Part shown: piece by piece, positions 1 to 12,832 of the stretch
How the letters are laid out: each line of letters opens with the position of its first letter
How positions within the stretch are numbered: the stretch's first letter is position 1
Assembly (NCBI GenBank): GCA_010093605.1
Contig: MU004182.1
Coordinates: 1,769,032 to 1,833,031 of the forward strand
Length of the DNA stretch: 64,000 nucleotides
Origin: Lophium mytilinum
Lineage: Eukaryota
Direction: 5' to 3'
The notes under the pieces: model-generated
What the model saw: only the letters and a program-made list of their open reading frames with translations
Told to the model about the DNA's origin: nothing
Databases searched by the model: none
Translations under genes and position numbers: made by a program

Positions 1-1050
1 AACTGCGACGTGTTTCAGTGGATTGCAGTGCTCATACGGGTAGAGGTTTGATGAAAAAGAAGTTCAGGCCAAGAGCCGTCGCCAGCTGTTAGGAAAAGAG
101 AAACCCTGTATAAATTACTGTATTGATTCCGTACATAATTTGTTGGGACTACTTTCACGTGTTTTGATGGGTTTGGAGAGGAAGTCCGTTATTGTGAACA
201 GGCTGTAACCTCACCGGCGACCTCAGACGTCTATATCAAAGTATTCGCCGCTCTTGACGCCTGCAGGATTCTAGAAAAAGTGTAGGATTACAGCGAGTCG
301 GAAGAAAGTGCCCAAACCTATCACGTGCTGTTGCAATCGTTGTACCATAGCCTGGAGAAGAAGATGGAGAGGGGGAAGGCTACTATGTGAAGAGGCTTTA
401 GGAAGATAATACTGATATTACTTGTTTTCTCGATGGTTACCTTCTCTATCTAGCTGGAGCTCATTGTCGACCGCCAGCATCAAGTCCTGGACAGCTCACA
501 CCCGTATATACCACTGTCGAGGTGCCACTGTTGTTTGCTAGGGACTACCATCAAGAGCAGTGCTCCCTTCCAGTAGCTGGCCAACGAAGAAGCATTCTGG
601 ACTGGTAGTCCTTATTTTGGATGCATCAAACTCCGCCTTGCGTTCTGGAACTCTGAAGCCTACGGGGCACTCTAAGCGGTGACCATGGAGAGTACTGAAT
701 CTGGCAAAACATTATAACTCACTTACGAAGTACCTAGTCCTTGAATCGACTACGTTGCTCTGAGCAATGAGGGTATTTCTTTGCCGCGATGTCCCTTGGA
801 ACATACGAGCCATAGAGTCGCTGAAGCAGGTGGGGCTGGACATGGCAGTGGCAGTGTAATAGGCAACAGTCCACTAGGCGCAGATACGAGGGTCTTCAGG
901 CTTCATATATTCACGAAAGGCGCAGTGTAGGGCGGCCTCGTTGCAAGGGCGGGGCGGGTTTGGGCGACGAGGTTGGAGTTTGCAAGGCTGACGGCGAAAG
1001 AGGCGCTGGTTGGCCAGAGCGACCCGCCCGGGCCACATCGAGCAGATGCT

Positions 1051-1070
1051 AGAACCTTCCGAACCTTTCC
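1051..1070. promoter_or_regulatory. Candidate heat-shock element upstream of hsp90
   Basis: aGAAc-cTTCc at 1051-1060 (two alternating nGAAn units), followed by a third GAA one base out of register. Further TTCnnGAA cores lie near 270 and 643. Confidence 0.4.
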
Positions 1071-1421
1071 TCAAGGCACAAATCGCAACTATTTCAGCTT
1101 CACCACCAAACTCATCTTCCTTTCTTCTTCCTCACTCGCCCTCCAACACAACCCAAATTCCACAACCTTCACTGCGCGCCCGCTGCTTCAGCCCAGCTTC
1201 CACGCACCCGCAAAGCATCGCTTGCCTCTCAATCGTGAGTCTTCTCGTCCATTACTGCAGCCTCGTCTATCTCTAGGTAGACTACATCCCACACAGCACT
1301 CGAAGGCGACTCCAGCCGTCTGAGTGCACATCCATTTTCTCACGGGCTTCAGCTTAAGGGCCTTGATTTTGAAGCTAACAAAGTCGTCGCAGACACCCTC
1401 GACACCGCCCCTCCTACAATC

Positions 1422-3579
1422 ATGCCTGCGGAAACTTTCGAGTTCCAGGCCGAGATCTCTCAGCTCCTCGGCCTGATCATCAACACTGTCTACTCAAACA
1501 AGGAGATTTTCCTGCGGGAACTGATTTCCAACTGCTCCGATGCTCTTGACAAGATCCGATATGAGGCCCTTTCCGACCCCAGCAAGCTGGACAGTGGCAA
1601 GGACCTCCGCATCGACATCATTCCCGACAAGGAGAACAAGACAATCACAATCCGCGATACTGGTATCGGCATGACCAAGGCTGTAAGTAAATATGGCTCG
1701 TACTACTCAACGCAACTGCTAACGATAATTGCAGGATTTGGTGAACAATCTCGGTACCATCGCCCGTTCCGGTACCAAGCAGTTCATGGAGGCCCTGACC
1801 GCCGGTGCCGACGTGTCCATGATTGGCCAGTTTGGTGTCGGTTTCTACTCCGCCTACCTCGTGGCTGACCGAGTCACTGTCATCTCCAAGCACAACGATG
1901 ACGAGCAATACATCTGGGAGTCGAGTGCCGGTGGCAGCTTCACCATTGCACAAGACACCGACGGTGAGCCGCTAGGCCGCGGCTCCAAGATCATCCTCCA
2001 CCTCAAGGATGAGCAGATGGACTACCTCAACGAGAGCAAGATCAAGGAGGTTGTCAAGAAGCACTCCGAGTTCATCTCCTACCCTATTTACCTCCACGTT
2101 CTCAAGGAGACTGAGACCGAGGTCCCAGACGACGATGCTGAGGAGAAGGAAGAGGATGAGGACAAGAAGGCCAAGATCGAGGAGGTCGACGACGATGAGG
2201 AAGAAAAGAAGGAGAAGAAGACCAAGAAGGTCAAGGAGTCCAAGATTGAGGAGGAGGAACTCAACAAGACCAAGCCAATCTGGACCCGGAACCCGCAGGA
2301 CATCACCCAGGAGGAGTATGCCTCTTTCTACAAGTCCCTCTCCAACGACTGGGAAGACCATCTTGCCGTCAAGCACTTCTCCGTTGAGGGTCAGCTCGAG
2401 TTCCGCGCCATTCTCTTCGTTCCCAAGCGGGCTCCCTTCGACCTCTTCGAGACGAAGAAGACCAAGAACAACATCAAATTGTACGTCCGCCGCGTCTTCA
2501 TCACTGATGATGCTACGGATCTCATTCCCGAGTGGCTCAGCTTCGTCAAGGGTGTTGTTGACTCCGAAGATCTGCCGCTGAACCTGTCTCGTGAGACTCT
2601 TCAGCAGAATAAGATCATGAAGGTCATCCGCAAGAACGTTGTTAAGAAGACCCTGGAGCTGTTCAACGAGATCGCCGAAGATCGTGAGCAGTTCGACAAG
2701 TTCTACACTGCTTTCAGCAAGAACATCAAGCTCGGTATCCACGAGGACTCCCAGAACCGTCAACAGCTGGCTAAGCTGCTCCGATTCAACTCGACCAAGT
2801 CTGGCGACGAGATCACCTCGCTTGCTGACTACATCACCCGCATGCCCGAGCACCAGAAGAACATGTACTACATCACTGGCGAGTCGCTCAAGGCCGTCCA
2901 GAAGTCTCCTTTCCTTGACTCGCTCAAGGAGAAGGGATTCGAGGTCCTATTCCTCGTCGATCCAATCGACGAGTACGCCATGACCCAGCTCAAGGAGTTC
3001 GATGGCAAGAAGCTGGTCGACATCACCAAGGACTTCGAGCTTGAGGAGACCGAAGAGGAGAAGGCTGAGCGTGAGGCCGAGGAGAAGGAATACGAAGGCC
3101 TCGCCAAGAGCCTGAAGAACGTCCTCGGCGAGCGCGTCGAGAAGGTCATCATCAGCCACAAGCTGATTGGCTCTCCATGTGCCATCCGTACCGGCCAGTT
3201 CGGTTGGTCCGCCAACATGGAGCGTATCATGAAGGCCCAGGCTCTCCGCGATACGTCGATGAGCTCGTACATGTCGTCGAAGAAAACTTTCGAGATCTCT
3301 CCCAAGTCTCCCATCATTAAGGAGTTGAAGCGCAAGGTTGAGGCTGACGGTGAGGAAGACCGTACTGTCAAGTCTATCACCCTGCTTCTGTTCGAGACCT
3401 CGCTTCTCGTCTCCGGCTTCACCATCGACGAGCCCGTCCAGTATGCTGAGCGCATCCACAAGCTCGTCTCTCTCGGTCTGAACGTGGACGAGGAGGTTGA
3501 GACTGCGGAAGAGGCGAAGGCGGACGACGCTGCTCCTGCTGAGGCTGCCGGCGAGAGTGCTATGGAGGAGGTTGACTAG
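1422..3579 (+). CDS. HSP90: Heat shock protein 90, cytosolic
   Basis: Exons 1422-1682 and 1735-3579, intron GTAAGT...GCTAAC...CAG. Motifs [22 protein letters not shown] and C-terminal MEEVD. Probable 5'UTR intron ends at 1392. Confidence 0.98.
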
Positions 3580-4174
3580 ACGCATCGATCGGTACAAAAG
3601 TTGGTTTGGCGCTATGATTCCCCCTCCACAGCTCCTCATGTGTTATGTCTCCCTTTTTCTCATGCCCTCCATCCTTTACATATCTGAACTAGTAATGATG
3701 CGATAGATGCGGCGGATGCATCTTTCGTTCTGGATCTGAAGGCGTCTCATTGCTGGCCCGGGGATGACTGGAGGGTTTCAAATCTGTGTACTTTATGAGT
3801 CCTTTACATGCCATTAGATGGGCTACCCTTCGGTAGTTCTTGGTAATGAAAAAACATGAATTCAAATTAAACGTTGATGACAAGGTGCTATATACTTATG
3901 ATATGTATTTAGGTAGGTTAGTGGGTTTATACCTGCTTTGATTACGGTTTGCTAGCTTTCAGACATTGATTCGGACAGCCAAGGAATCCTTCGCGATGTC
4001 ACTAGACCGCTCCGTGCCTATCTATCCTTGTTCGTCTTGCCTCGGAAGTCCCTGCGCAACATCGTCATCTCAAGCTTGCCTTGGCGTCTGCCTACAGCCT
4101 CACCCTTCCTAAATCTCTCCTTAGTCATATGAGTGCTACTTCTCACACTGTATTTAACGGTACATCTTCGCACA

Positions 4175-5922
4175 ATGGGCAGCTGGGATTTTTATTGCGC
4201 CTGCTGTGGAGGCGGTTTCAAACTATGGAGTGCCCTTCCACCCGCCGAAGAATGGGCGCGCATTCGGAAATTGCTCGAAGAAGGAAGTAAGCAGGAGGTC
4301 CCTAGGAAAAAGGATGAAAATGAGGAGGACGGTGAAGAGGAGGAGGAAGATGAAGCTGAGGATGACGATGAAGGATGGCTGGATTGCAGTATTTGCTCAC
4401 ATGAGAGTACGGATTGGATGAAGCATTTGCGGCTGCTGGGGCATAATCCGCACGGGAAGGTGGGCAGAGGGTGAGTGCAGCTTCTAATTGACAATTCTTT
4501 TTCCCAAGGATGAATATTGGGATCTTTCTAATGCGAATGTTGCTCGTAGCGTCTTCCTCACTGGCCTTGGTTATGCACAGGACTATGGCTCAACTGAAGT
4601 GGAGCCTGGTAACCATCCGAATGTCTTGACAGCAGATGGGCCGGACGTTCAGACCTATTACTCTGCTTGGGATGGGAAGTTGCAGCTTTCGGTGTAAGTT
4701 TTTCTGCTTGTTAGATCTTGGGGCTTGCTCTCTCTACCTGCATCCTGGGACTTCCAATTGTCCGATCTTATATGCCAAAATTATGATGAGGCGCTTCTGA
4801 CAGTGATAGGTACGTGAACGTACTCTCAACCGGTGACGAGCTGATCGATTTTCCACTTCCTTTCCACGACCAGTGTTTGCAGATGATTCGGCGCGTGATC
4901 TCCGGGAAGCCTGATGGAGAAATCAGTATTGATACTCTGTATGATGCAATGGGCACAGCACGTGGTGGTCTAGGCACCGAAAGAGATCCTAGGCCGTACA
5001 ACAACTCGAGTTTATTTCTAAACTATTATCAGTTCGCGGGGGCCGCGCGAGAGCAGTACTGGGGCGCGGATAGAGGGTATGAGGTAAGTTTCAGCTCAAC
5101 GTATTCCATCGATTCTCTACCCTCAATTTTCCTGCAATCACGCTTTCGGCCCCTGTTAGAATTGTTTTTTTCTTTTCCAAGCTTCTATATGTTTCTCCCT
5201 CTCTAGCATGTCTTCATATTATCTCTCAGAATTTGTTTTCGGTCGTTCCCTTTGGACTCTCTCTATACATAAACCCTCCCTTGGAATCAGCATGGCTGAC
5301 TACCCAACTAGCCCTGGTATAACGACCCAATCGACATTCCCGCGATTTCAAAGTTCCTAAAAAACCTACCTCGCGCCGCCCCTCCACGAGAGGTGAAGGC
5401 CAGCGATCCCGCCAAAGACCCCTTCGCAAAAATGCCGCTTGAACTCCTCGTCGAGATCATCATGCAACTCCCCCAAGAATCCCTCCTCCCCTTCTTCCTC
5501 TCTTCACGCGCAGCCCGCCTCGCAAGCCAATCGCAGTGGGTGTGGAAGAAGCGGATCCTGGTCGACATGCCATGGATGTGGGAGCTTGATGAAAAGAAGG
5601 ACTATCCGGAGGAAGTGGACTGGCATGCCGTGTATGCAAAATTGGATCGCCTGAGTTTTCCTGAGGAATGGGAGGGTCTTAAAGTTAGCAGCGGGTATGC
5701 TCTCGTTTTCTTTGACACGGGTATAATTCTTTATGGCGACTGACGTTCGAGAGTGGCATCACGCCTGAGCAAAGACTCGACTTGGACCTTTCTGGGCTGG
5801 CAAGCAGGGCTAGGATCTGGAAGTGTGCTGAGCAAGCGTGGGAGTTGTACGAGGAGCAGCCGCGAGACTTAGGAAGGAATCCGGGAAGGCGTAAGGCTAA
5901 GACTCCGGTGGTCGAAGACTAG
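4175..5922 (+). CDS. Multi-exon fungal protein with C-terminal F-box-like motif
   Basis: N-terminus MGSWDFYCACCGG, acidic tract, donors at 4471 (GTGAGT) and ~5083 (GTAAGT), F-box-like DPFAKMPLELLVEII, last exon LSGLASRARIWK...TAG at 5922. Internal exon boundaries are uncertain. Confidence 0.6.
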
Positions 5923-6655
5923 ACGTATGCTCAGCACTCAGCAAGGCTTTTCGTCGTTGAAATGAGGAGCCGATGTGAGGCTCATGTAACACGACAAAAC
6001 AACAAGCAGATCTCTCCCAAGTTTCACCCAAATTGAAACCCTTAAGCGACCTGCTGCACGCCAGATTATGGCTTGAGTTATTTCTAACTTTCAAGAAGGT
6101 TAGCCTAACTTTATGTAAGATTTGTATCGTGGTGCTTGTGCTTTAAATCGGCCGCTTATTTCGATGACGAAGAGCAAGCCCAGCGAAGTGTTCGTTCCCC
6201 ACACGCTAGCCTATTTTAGCTCAAAGTCTATCTTCGCGTTCCCGTCCAGCCTCATCTGATATTCCAAATAGCTTCAAGAGGCAGGCCATTGCGGTAGACT
6301 TGGTGCTCGTCGCTCCCAGGTCCCACGTCTCGGTCCCCATCTGCTCCACTAAACTAACCCCACTACCTACCTAGGTATTCCTTGCGGGGATGAATTAATG
6401 ACGTCGTCGTGAACGCAGCATTATCCTCCGCTTCGCCGAGGAACCTTTGCTACTTGGTTTTGCGCAAAGAAATGATGGCTCTACTTACTATGCGCTCGGT
6501 CGCAATATTCTATAAGCCTCGCCCGATGTGTGATATATAACTCGGCCGCCGTCGTTTGAGGCCGCAGTCTTTCAAAGCTCGGCCGAGGTCGTCGTCCTTC
6601 GTGTTATGAAGGTGTATATAGTCTCCTAACTCTTCTTTACTGCTATATTACTCAC

Positions 6656-6736
6656 ACATCATCTACAAACTTCTAAACAACATCTCCAAACCTCTAAACA
6701 ACATCTCCAAACCTCTGAATAAACATCTCCAAACTC
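6656..6736 (+). repeat. ~21-bp tandem repeat (AAACAACATCTCCAAACCTCT), 3-4 copies, in the GST leader
   Basis: Two identical copies flanked by degenerate copies just upstream of ATG 6762. Confidence 0.8.
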
Positions 6737-6761
6737 AGAAACAACTCCCCAAGCCCCCAAA

Positions 6762-7500
6762 ATGTCCCCAATAACCCTCTGGTTCCTCCAAGCCTCCCGC
6801 TCCATCCGCACCGCCTGGCTCCTCGAAGAGCTCAACCTCCCCTACACCGTCAAATTCTTCGACCGCACCCCAGAAGGCAAAGCGCCACAAGCCCTCAAAG
6901 AGAGCGCCGGCAACCCCCTCGGCAAAGCGCCCACGATCCAAGACGGCGATCTCACCATCTATGAGAGCGGCGCTATCACCGAGTACGCAACGCATTCCCC
7001 AAACATACACCTTAATGAAGGGCGAAAGCTAATGTGTCGATTGCTGTAGGTATCTTTGCGAGAAATACGACAAAGAAAACCGCCTGATCCCATCAAACGC
7101 CAACGAAGCCGCCCGTATTAAAGTGCAGCAATGGATCCACGCCTCCGAAGGCACGTTCGCGCTGCACGGCATTGCGCTCCTCTATGCGCGCATGACCATG
7201 CCCGAGGCCGTGAAAGCCGATGGTAAGACGCTCGCGGAGATGGAGGCGAAGATGGCGGGGAATGTGCAGAATGATATCGACTGGCTGGAGGCGGAGCTGA
7301 AGGCGAGTACGGGGCGGTTTCTGCTAGGCGACGAGGTGACGGCGGCGGACGTTATGATGCATTTTACGCTGAAGTTCTGTCTGAAGCGGGAGCTGGGGAC
7401 GAAAGGGAGGAGTTGGCCGGCGGTGGAGAAGTGGGTGGGGGATTGTGAGGCGACGGAGGGGTATAAGAGGGCGGTGGAGAAGACGGGGCATAAATTTTGA
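6762..7500 (+). CDS. Glutathione S-transferase (fungal GTT1-like)
   Basis: SRSIRTAWLLEEL, PLGKAP, ESGAITEYL. Splicing out intron 6983-7049 restores EYLCEKYD. C-domain contains TAADVMM. Confidence 0.93.
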
Positions 7501-7658
7501 GGAGGGATGTTTTTGGATTGTTGGAGTAGGAGGGGGGTTGAGATGATAGCTGGCGAATGTTCGAGATCGATAGATTTACTTTTGACCGCTATGGAATGAA
7601 TAGATTACTCACTTTACCGGCCGCTCGAATCACCTTGATTCATCCTGCCGCCCACATG

Positions 7659-10279
7659 TTACCACTCCTTCGGACCAAATGTATCGCCAGGTGCCACCCT
7701 TGCTTGGACAGCCGTATTCGCTACATCCATCGTAGTGTGGATGACGGTGTTGCCCCTAAAATCGATCCAAGTCTCAGATTAGCCAAGCTTCCATATTTCA
7801 TACAAAAGGCAACTCATCAAAGCTTCACTCACCACCAGCGCGGCGCATCAATCCGATTAAGCGTAAAAATAGCAAAAATAGTCAGCGTACTCAACGCCAA
7901 CCCAGTCCCCAGCGCCGTAGACGTGATATAGTTCAAGCGCGACCACCATCTCAGATGCCTCGTTCGAATGTACCACTGAAAGATAAAACCGACCGCACCC
8001 CACGTCAAGTAATTCATCGGCGATGCTGGTGGAATGTTGGTGCCGCCTCCGAGGATCACGGGCGCCATGGCGTATTTCAGCGGGGATTTCGGCCAGCGTT
8101 TTGCTGCAAAGTGGAGAATGAGCGATAAAGCAACGCCGAAGGGGAAAAACCATAGCAACGCGGAGTAGGTTTGTCCTAGACTAAACATTCGCTGGGGACC
8201 GAGCAGGCCCCAGATTACGGAGGCGGAGAAGAAGACGCGGCCGCCGGGGCAGGTGAAGCGCTGCTTTTGGTCGATGGTGCAGATGCCTTCGATATGGTTC
8301 AAGGCGAAGTTTAGGGTGTAGACTTGGACGATGCAGGCCAAGGTTGTGGCGACGACTTGGGCCGTGAACATTGTCCTGGGAGGAATCTTCATATAGTGTC
8401 CACTAGATCATCATCAACTTTAGTCAAATTGAACAGAATCTAAAAAGGTCCAAGGGAATGACACACAATTTCAAATCTTCCGTGAAATGAAGGGCTTGGT
8501 TTACGGTGATGTATCCGTACGTCTTAAACATCATCAGAGCTATGGGCTTCCCAGGCTGCATATAGCCCATTATAAACTCGGTGATGACATTCAGAGATAT
8601 GTGCTGAGTCGTGATTGCCTGTTCCGATATTAGTATTGAAAACTTTAAATTCGGCTGGGAGCTAGGAAAACCTACCTGAATTATCCCGCATGGTAATGCC
8701 ATCACAGATGCGAATACGATGCAGAGCAGGAATGCCCACCAAGCGAACTCAGTCGGGTAGGCCAGCACCACGACGAGCGACAGCGCCAGCATGAGCACGA
8801 ACAGAACAACGTACCACCACATGGGCGCCTCCGGGTACTTCAACATCATCTTCATGTGAATATCGGGCTTCTCTTCTTTTGAAGTTCGAAATTGTCTCAT
8901 AATTTCGTGGCGGTGATTCAACCATACGTAAACCACAAGCGATGACGTCGTGGCAAATGACATGCCATACGTGATGGCGAATGTGGTAGATAGGTACAAA
9001 GGCGAGTACGTTTTATACGCAGCTTCGTCCAAAGTAAGGTGGGATGTTGTGACCATCGAAACATTGTAGCGGACTCCGGTATTGTCGTAGGTTGACGAGT
9101 CACTGATGGGAAGGAACTTCGCATACCAAGCACCGCCATAGTGCAAGCCAGCCGTGCCGATAATATAAAAACTTACTACTCCGATCAAGGTGTTGGCAAT
9201 TGCATGCCAGGGCGGGATCAGTGGACTGCCGGTAAAGCCAGTGACGGTGGTCCAATCGAACGTGATAGGAAGAAGTCCAAGGCCAGTCGTTCCTCCGAAT
9301 AATTGGTTTATGACAGGACTCTTAGGGTATATCCAAGTCATGAATGTGCATATGCTGAGGAACTGGGCCAGAAACCCGGGAATCCAGTAATACCTGAAGT
9401 GGGAACGGTTATCTATTAAGACTTTAACGGCATCTTTAGGGGTCCTTACAGATACGACGCAATGGTAATGACACCGAACCACTTGAATCTCGACATATTC
9501 CCACCAAATACGGTCGGGTCTAGCTCTTCGTTATCGTCGTGCATAGCGTGCAGTAGGCTGACGCCGACCAAGGTTTGCGGCCACAGCATGGCTGCCGGGT
9601 ACACCAAGAACTTCCGGAGGAGGCCCGCAATTCCGTACCCAATACTTTGAGTAGTAACGACGAGCAGAATTTGAAATGCTATTCCGAAATTCTGCTTGTA
9701 GAAAACGACTTGGGCAAGTATGATGTCCGTCGCGTAAGCGGTCGAAAAGGATACCCCAGCCATAATACCAATGATGGTGTGCTCCTTGACGTTGAATGGG
9801 CCTGGATTAAGGTTCCACTTGACGCCAAATGTGTTGTTCTCTCTAGAAGGGACAAAGCGAGCCCATGCTTTGCCTAACGCGTATGCAATCAACAGAGCGG
9901 TCATTACACCAATACTGATATGAGGCTGTCTTAACCCAAACACGGTGTTGACCGCTGCGCCAAGCACAGAAAGGAGGATGCCTATAACCCACACTCGAAT
10001 GGTGTTGGCAGGTAGTTCCTTATCAAAATTTGGGACCGCTGCCTTGACCTCTGGGTATGGCGAGTTTTCTTCCTCGGCATCTGGTATCTGCTCAGTGCTT
10101 AACTCTACAGGGCGCGATTTCTCACCACCTGAGCCTGCCAATCCAAGTCCATCTTTGTCATCGGGTAGATTGAGGTCGCATGAGTTCAATCGAATTTGAG
10201 GGATATGCTTGAGAGAAGGATTGTCAGATGCCTGGGGCTGTACACCGGTGGCTTTGATAGCCGCATTTTCGGCATCCAT
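7659..10279 (-). CDS. OPT-family oligopeptide transporter
   Basis: EENSPYPEVKAAV, NPGPFNVKEHT, PIALMMFKTYGY, KIPPRTMF, C-terminus FGPKEW*. Several introns. Confidence 0.95.
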
Positions 10280-11808
10280 CCTCCCAGAACTGATAAGAAC
10301 AAAGGGAATAGAAGAAACTGAAAGTTGAACGATGTGGAGAGAACAGAGTAGTAATGCAACATGATTTTACTATGAACGGGGTCCATGTCGCCATATTGCA
10401 GAAGCCGACTAAAGCATTTCCACCGCATGAAAGCTCCGTCTACGGACCGCGCCGTCGCTAAGTTTTAACAACCTGTGTGAGGAGTAATGACGGGAGATCA
10501 CACCTTAGTAGCACCTTAACTCCCCTATCTCACTTTCAGGAATGATTGCGTGACGAGAAAGAAGACCATCAACACTGGGCCTATCGAATCGCTCGAAGCC
10601 GAAAAGCTTGTTGCATTTAGTATTGGAGGCATTGGTGGACTTGACGGCCGAAGGGCATCTGCGACATGGGCGGCCCACCAGAATGTCTTTTAATAACAAG
10701 GTCGAGACTGAGCCGTTTCTTGGTACTGTGGTGTGGTTGTGGTGACAATGAACTATGACTTCTGATAGGTATCACGCCGGGATTTGGACGCTATCGAAAC
10801 ACTTGACATGGGAATACTTAGAATGCCGTTCAAGACTATCCATGTCCTAAGGTAGTTAGCAGATGTCGGCCGACACGCTCGACGGTATTTGTGGAGGACA
10901 AAGTGGAGAGAGTTAGGTGTGAACCACGGGAGAAACTCCACCAGAGGTCTGAGGCCTTCAGGTAAATCTTTATCTGGATTTAGTAGTGCATCCTATTTAT
11001 AGAGCCTAAGCACGCGATGCCGTGCGATGGCTGTGTGTCGAGAGGGAAAGGTGGAAGGACGTGTGAGATATGAAGGGAGTCAACTGCTCGGAGATGACTC
11101 GGAAATGAGGCTCAAGAAAGGAACATTTCGAGCCCTCGACGTGCCTCTTATTATTACTCTTCGTCATCATCGGATAGCAGGTGCGCTCGCCTTCGACACG
11201 AGTACAGCTATTCCACCCCGAAGCCTCTTTGATAGCTTCGACCGACGTTGATGAACCCTGGAGTTGTGCACCCCCCCAGACTGGCTAATGTTCACAGCGT
11301 TGATGTGCTTCAAGTTTCATGGCCGGACTCACCGGAAGAGCATAAGGATGTCAGAATTTTGCGGTGTCTACATTAACTCATTGACTGGTGGGCCTAATGG
11401 TCTTTCAAAAGGGCGCGAGACTCCCGTTTGGTGTGTAAACTGGATCTTTTACACTCTGTCACAGGGCGACACGGTCTAATTCACGACTGCTTTGAAATCG
11501 CGCTAGAACAATATATTTACTCTAGGATGGCTTCGCAGGTTAGGCAATCATCTAGTCATTCGTAACGGTAAGCCTAGATAACGCTGTCACGAATTTTATA
11601 TTCCGTTTGGATCCTTGAGACCTATGGAAGAACTCAAACAAGAGCAATCGATCGTCAAATTGTGGCAATGAAGTGGGTGTATTTCCTAACGTTCTAGCTT
11701 CCCGCGTTCAAGTAATGAAAAGCGTCAATGAAAGAATACAAAAGCGAACCACAATCTGTGTCCTCTCCAGCGACATTTCCATACCCTTTCCAGTCCATCC
11801 TCGGTCTC

Positions 11809-12420
11809 TCAGTGGTGTCCCGTCTGCGCACTTGGGAGAACCATCTGCCAAATGTCGACCCCAAGCGAAAGGCTAGCCAACACTAAATTTACAACGAGGA
11901 TGATCACCAACCGTTTGGTGATTGGATTAGGTAGGTATCGCGTCTGGACGTAAATAAAGGCCGTGTGGAACAGGATGCTGAGAAACGTATAGCCGAGCAT
12001 GAAACCACGGAAGACGCGATTCCAACCGTCCCCTCGATTCCAACGATCCCTTCCCGTCATGATCATCATTCCAAGTAAGGCGGCCCAAAGGACTGCAGTG
12101 AGTGTACAAACCACGAAAATAATCATCTGAGATGAGTTCGAGACTCTCTCGAGCAGGTTCCTCCAGAAACGAGAGTTTCTTGGCGGCATGGGTGGAGTCA
12201 GCTGCCTTGGAAAATTCGGGAATGAAATGAATCGAGACGACCGCTCCTCGTCTGGCTCTTCTTGGGGCGGCCCGGCTTCATGGACCGTATTGACGAGAGT
12301 TGAACGTTCGGAAAGTGATTCTTCGCGTGGGTTGGGAATATCGCTCTCGATCGGTGCATCATCTGCGAAAGCGACGGACACTTCATCGGCGAAGGTGACA
12401 CGAGATTTGTTTCCAGACAT
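11809..12420 (-). CDS. Hypothetical membrane protein (acidic N-terminus, ~3 TM segments)
   Basis: 203-aa ATG-initiated ORF with three hydrophobic stretches. No recognised family. Confidence 0.55.
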   Translation of the reverse strand: MSGNKSRVTFADEVSVAFADDAPIESDIPNPREESLSERSTLVNTVHEAGPPQEEPDEERSSRFISFPNFPRQLTPPMPPRNSRFWRNLLERVSNSSQMIIFVVCTLTAVLWAALLGMMIMTGRDRWNRGDGWNRVFRGFMLGYTFLSILFHTAFIYVQTRYLPNPITKRLVIILVVNLVLASLSLGVDIWQMVLPSAQTGHH

Positions 12421-12694
12421 TGCGACAATGTTATCCGTGGTTTGGTGAGGTGGGGTGGTCTTCGACGAATTCTCTGGCTGTGGAAAGATAAAAGCAAAGT
12501 ACGCAGTTCAGGTTGCTACAGCAGAAACGATGAGAAATTGATGCAAGCCGGATGGATGCTAGACGGATGTATGGATACGCTGACAACCCCAAGAGCTGTG
12601 TTGGTGATGATGTAAGGAAGAAAGAAAGATGAGCAAGACATTTTCCATCGTAAAGAAGCATGGACCGTCCCTGGCGGAAAGAAGGTCACGCTGA

Positions 12695-12820
12695 AGGCAG
12701 GTAGATTTGAGGTGAGAAGGAGAAGAAGCTTCATGTGATGCAAGCAGGACTCGAAAGGCAGGTAGTTTTCAGGTGAGACGGGGAAGGAAGCTTCATGTAA
12801 TGCGTGTAGAACTCAAAAAG
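12695..12820. repeat. Imperfect 61-bp direct tandem duplication
   Basis: Copies start at 12695 and 12756 and share AGGCAGGTAG, AGGTGAGA and GAAGCTTCATGT.ATGC blocks. Confidence 0.8.
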
Positions 12821-12832
12821 TAGGCAGCATCG

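Noticed and set aside
1972..3639. Long antisense ORFs over hsp90 (also over the coiled-coil and other genes)
   Set aside because: Expected shadows of strongly biased codon usage.
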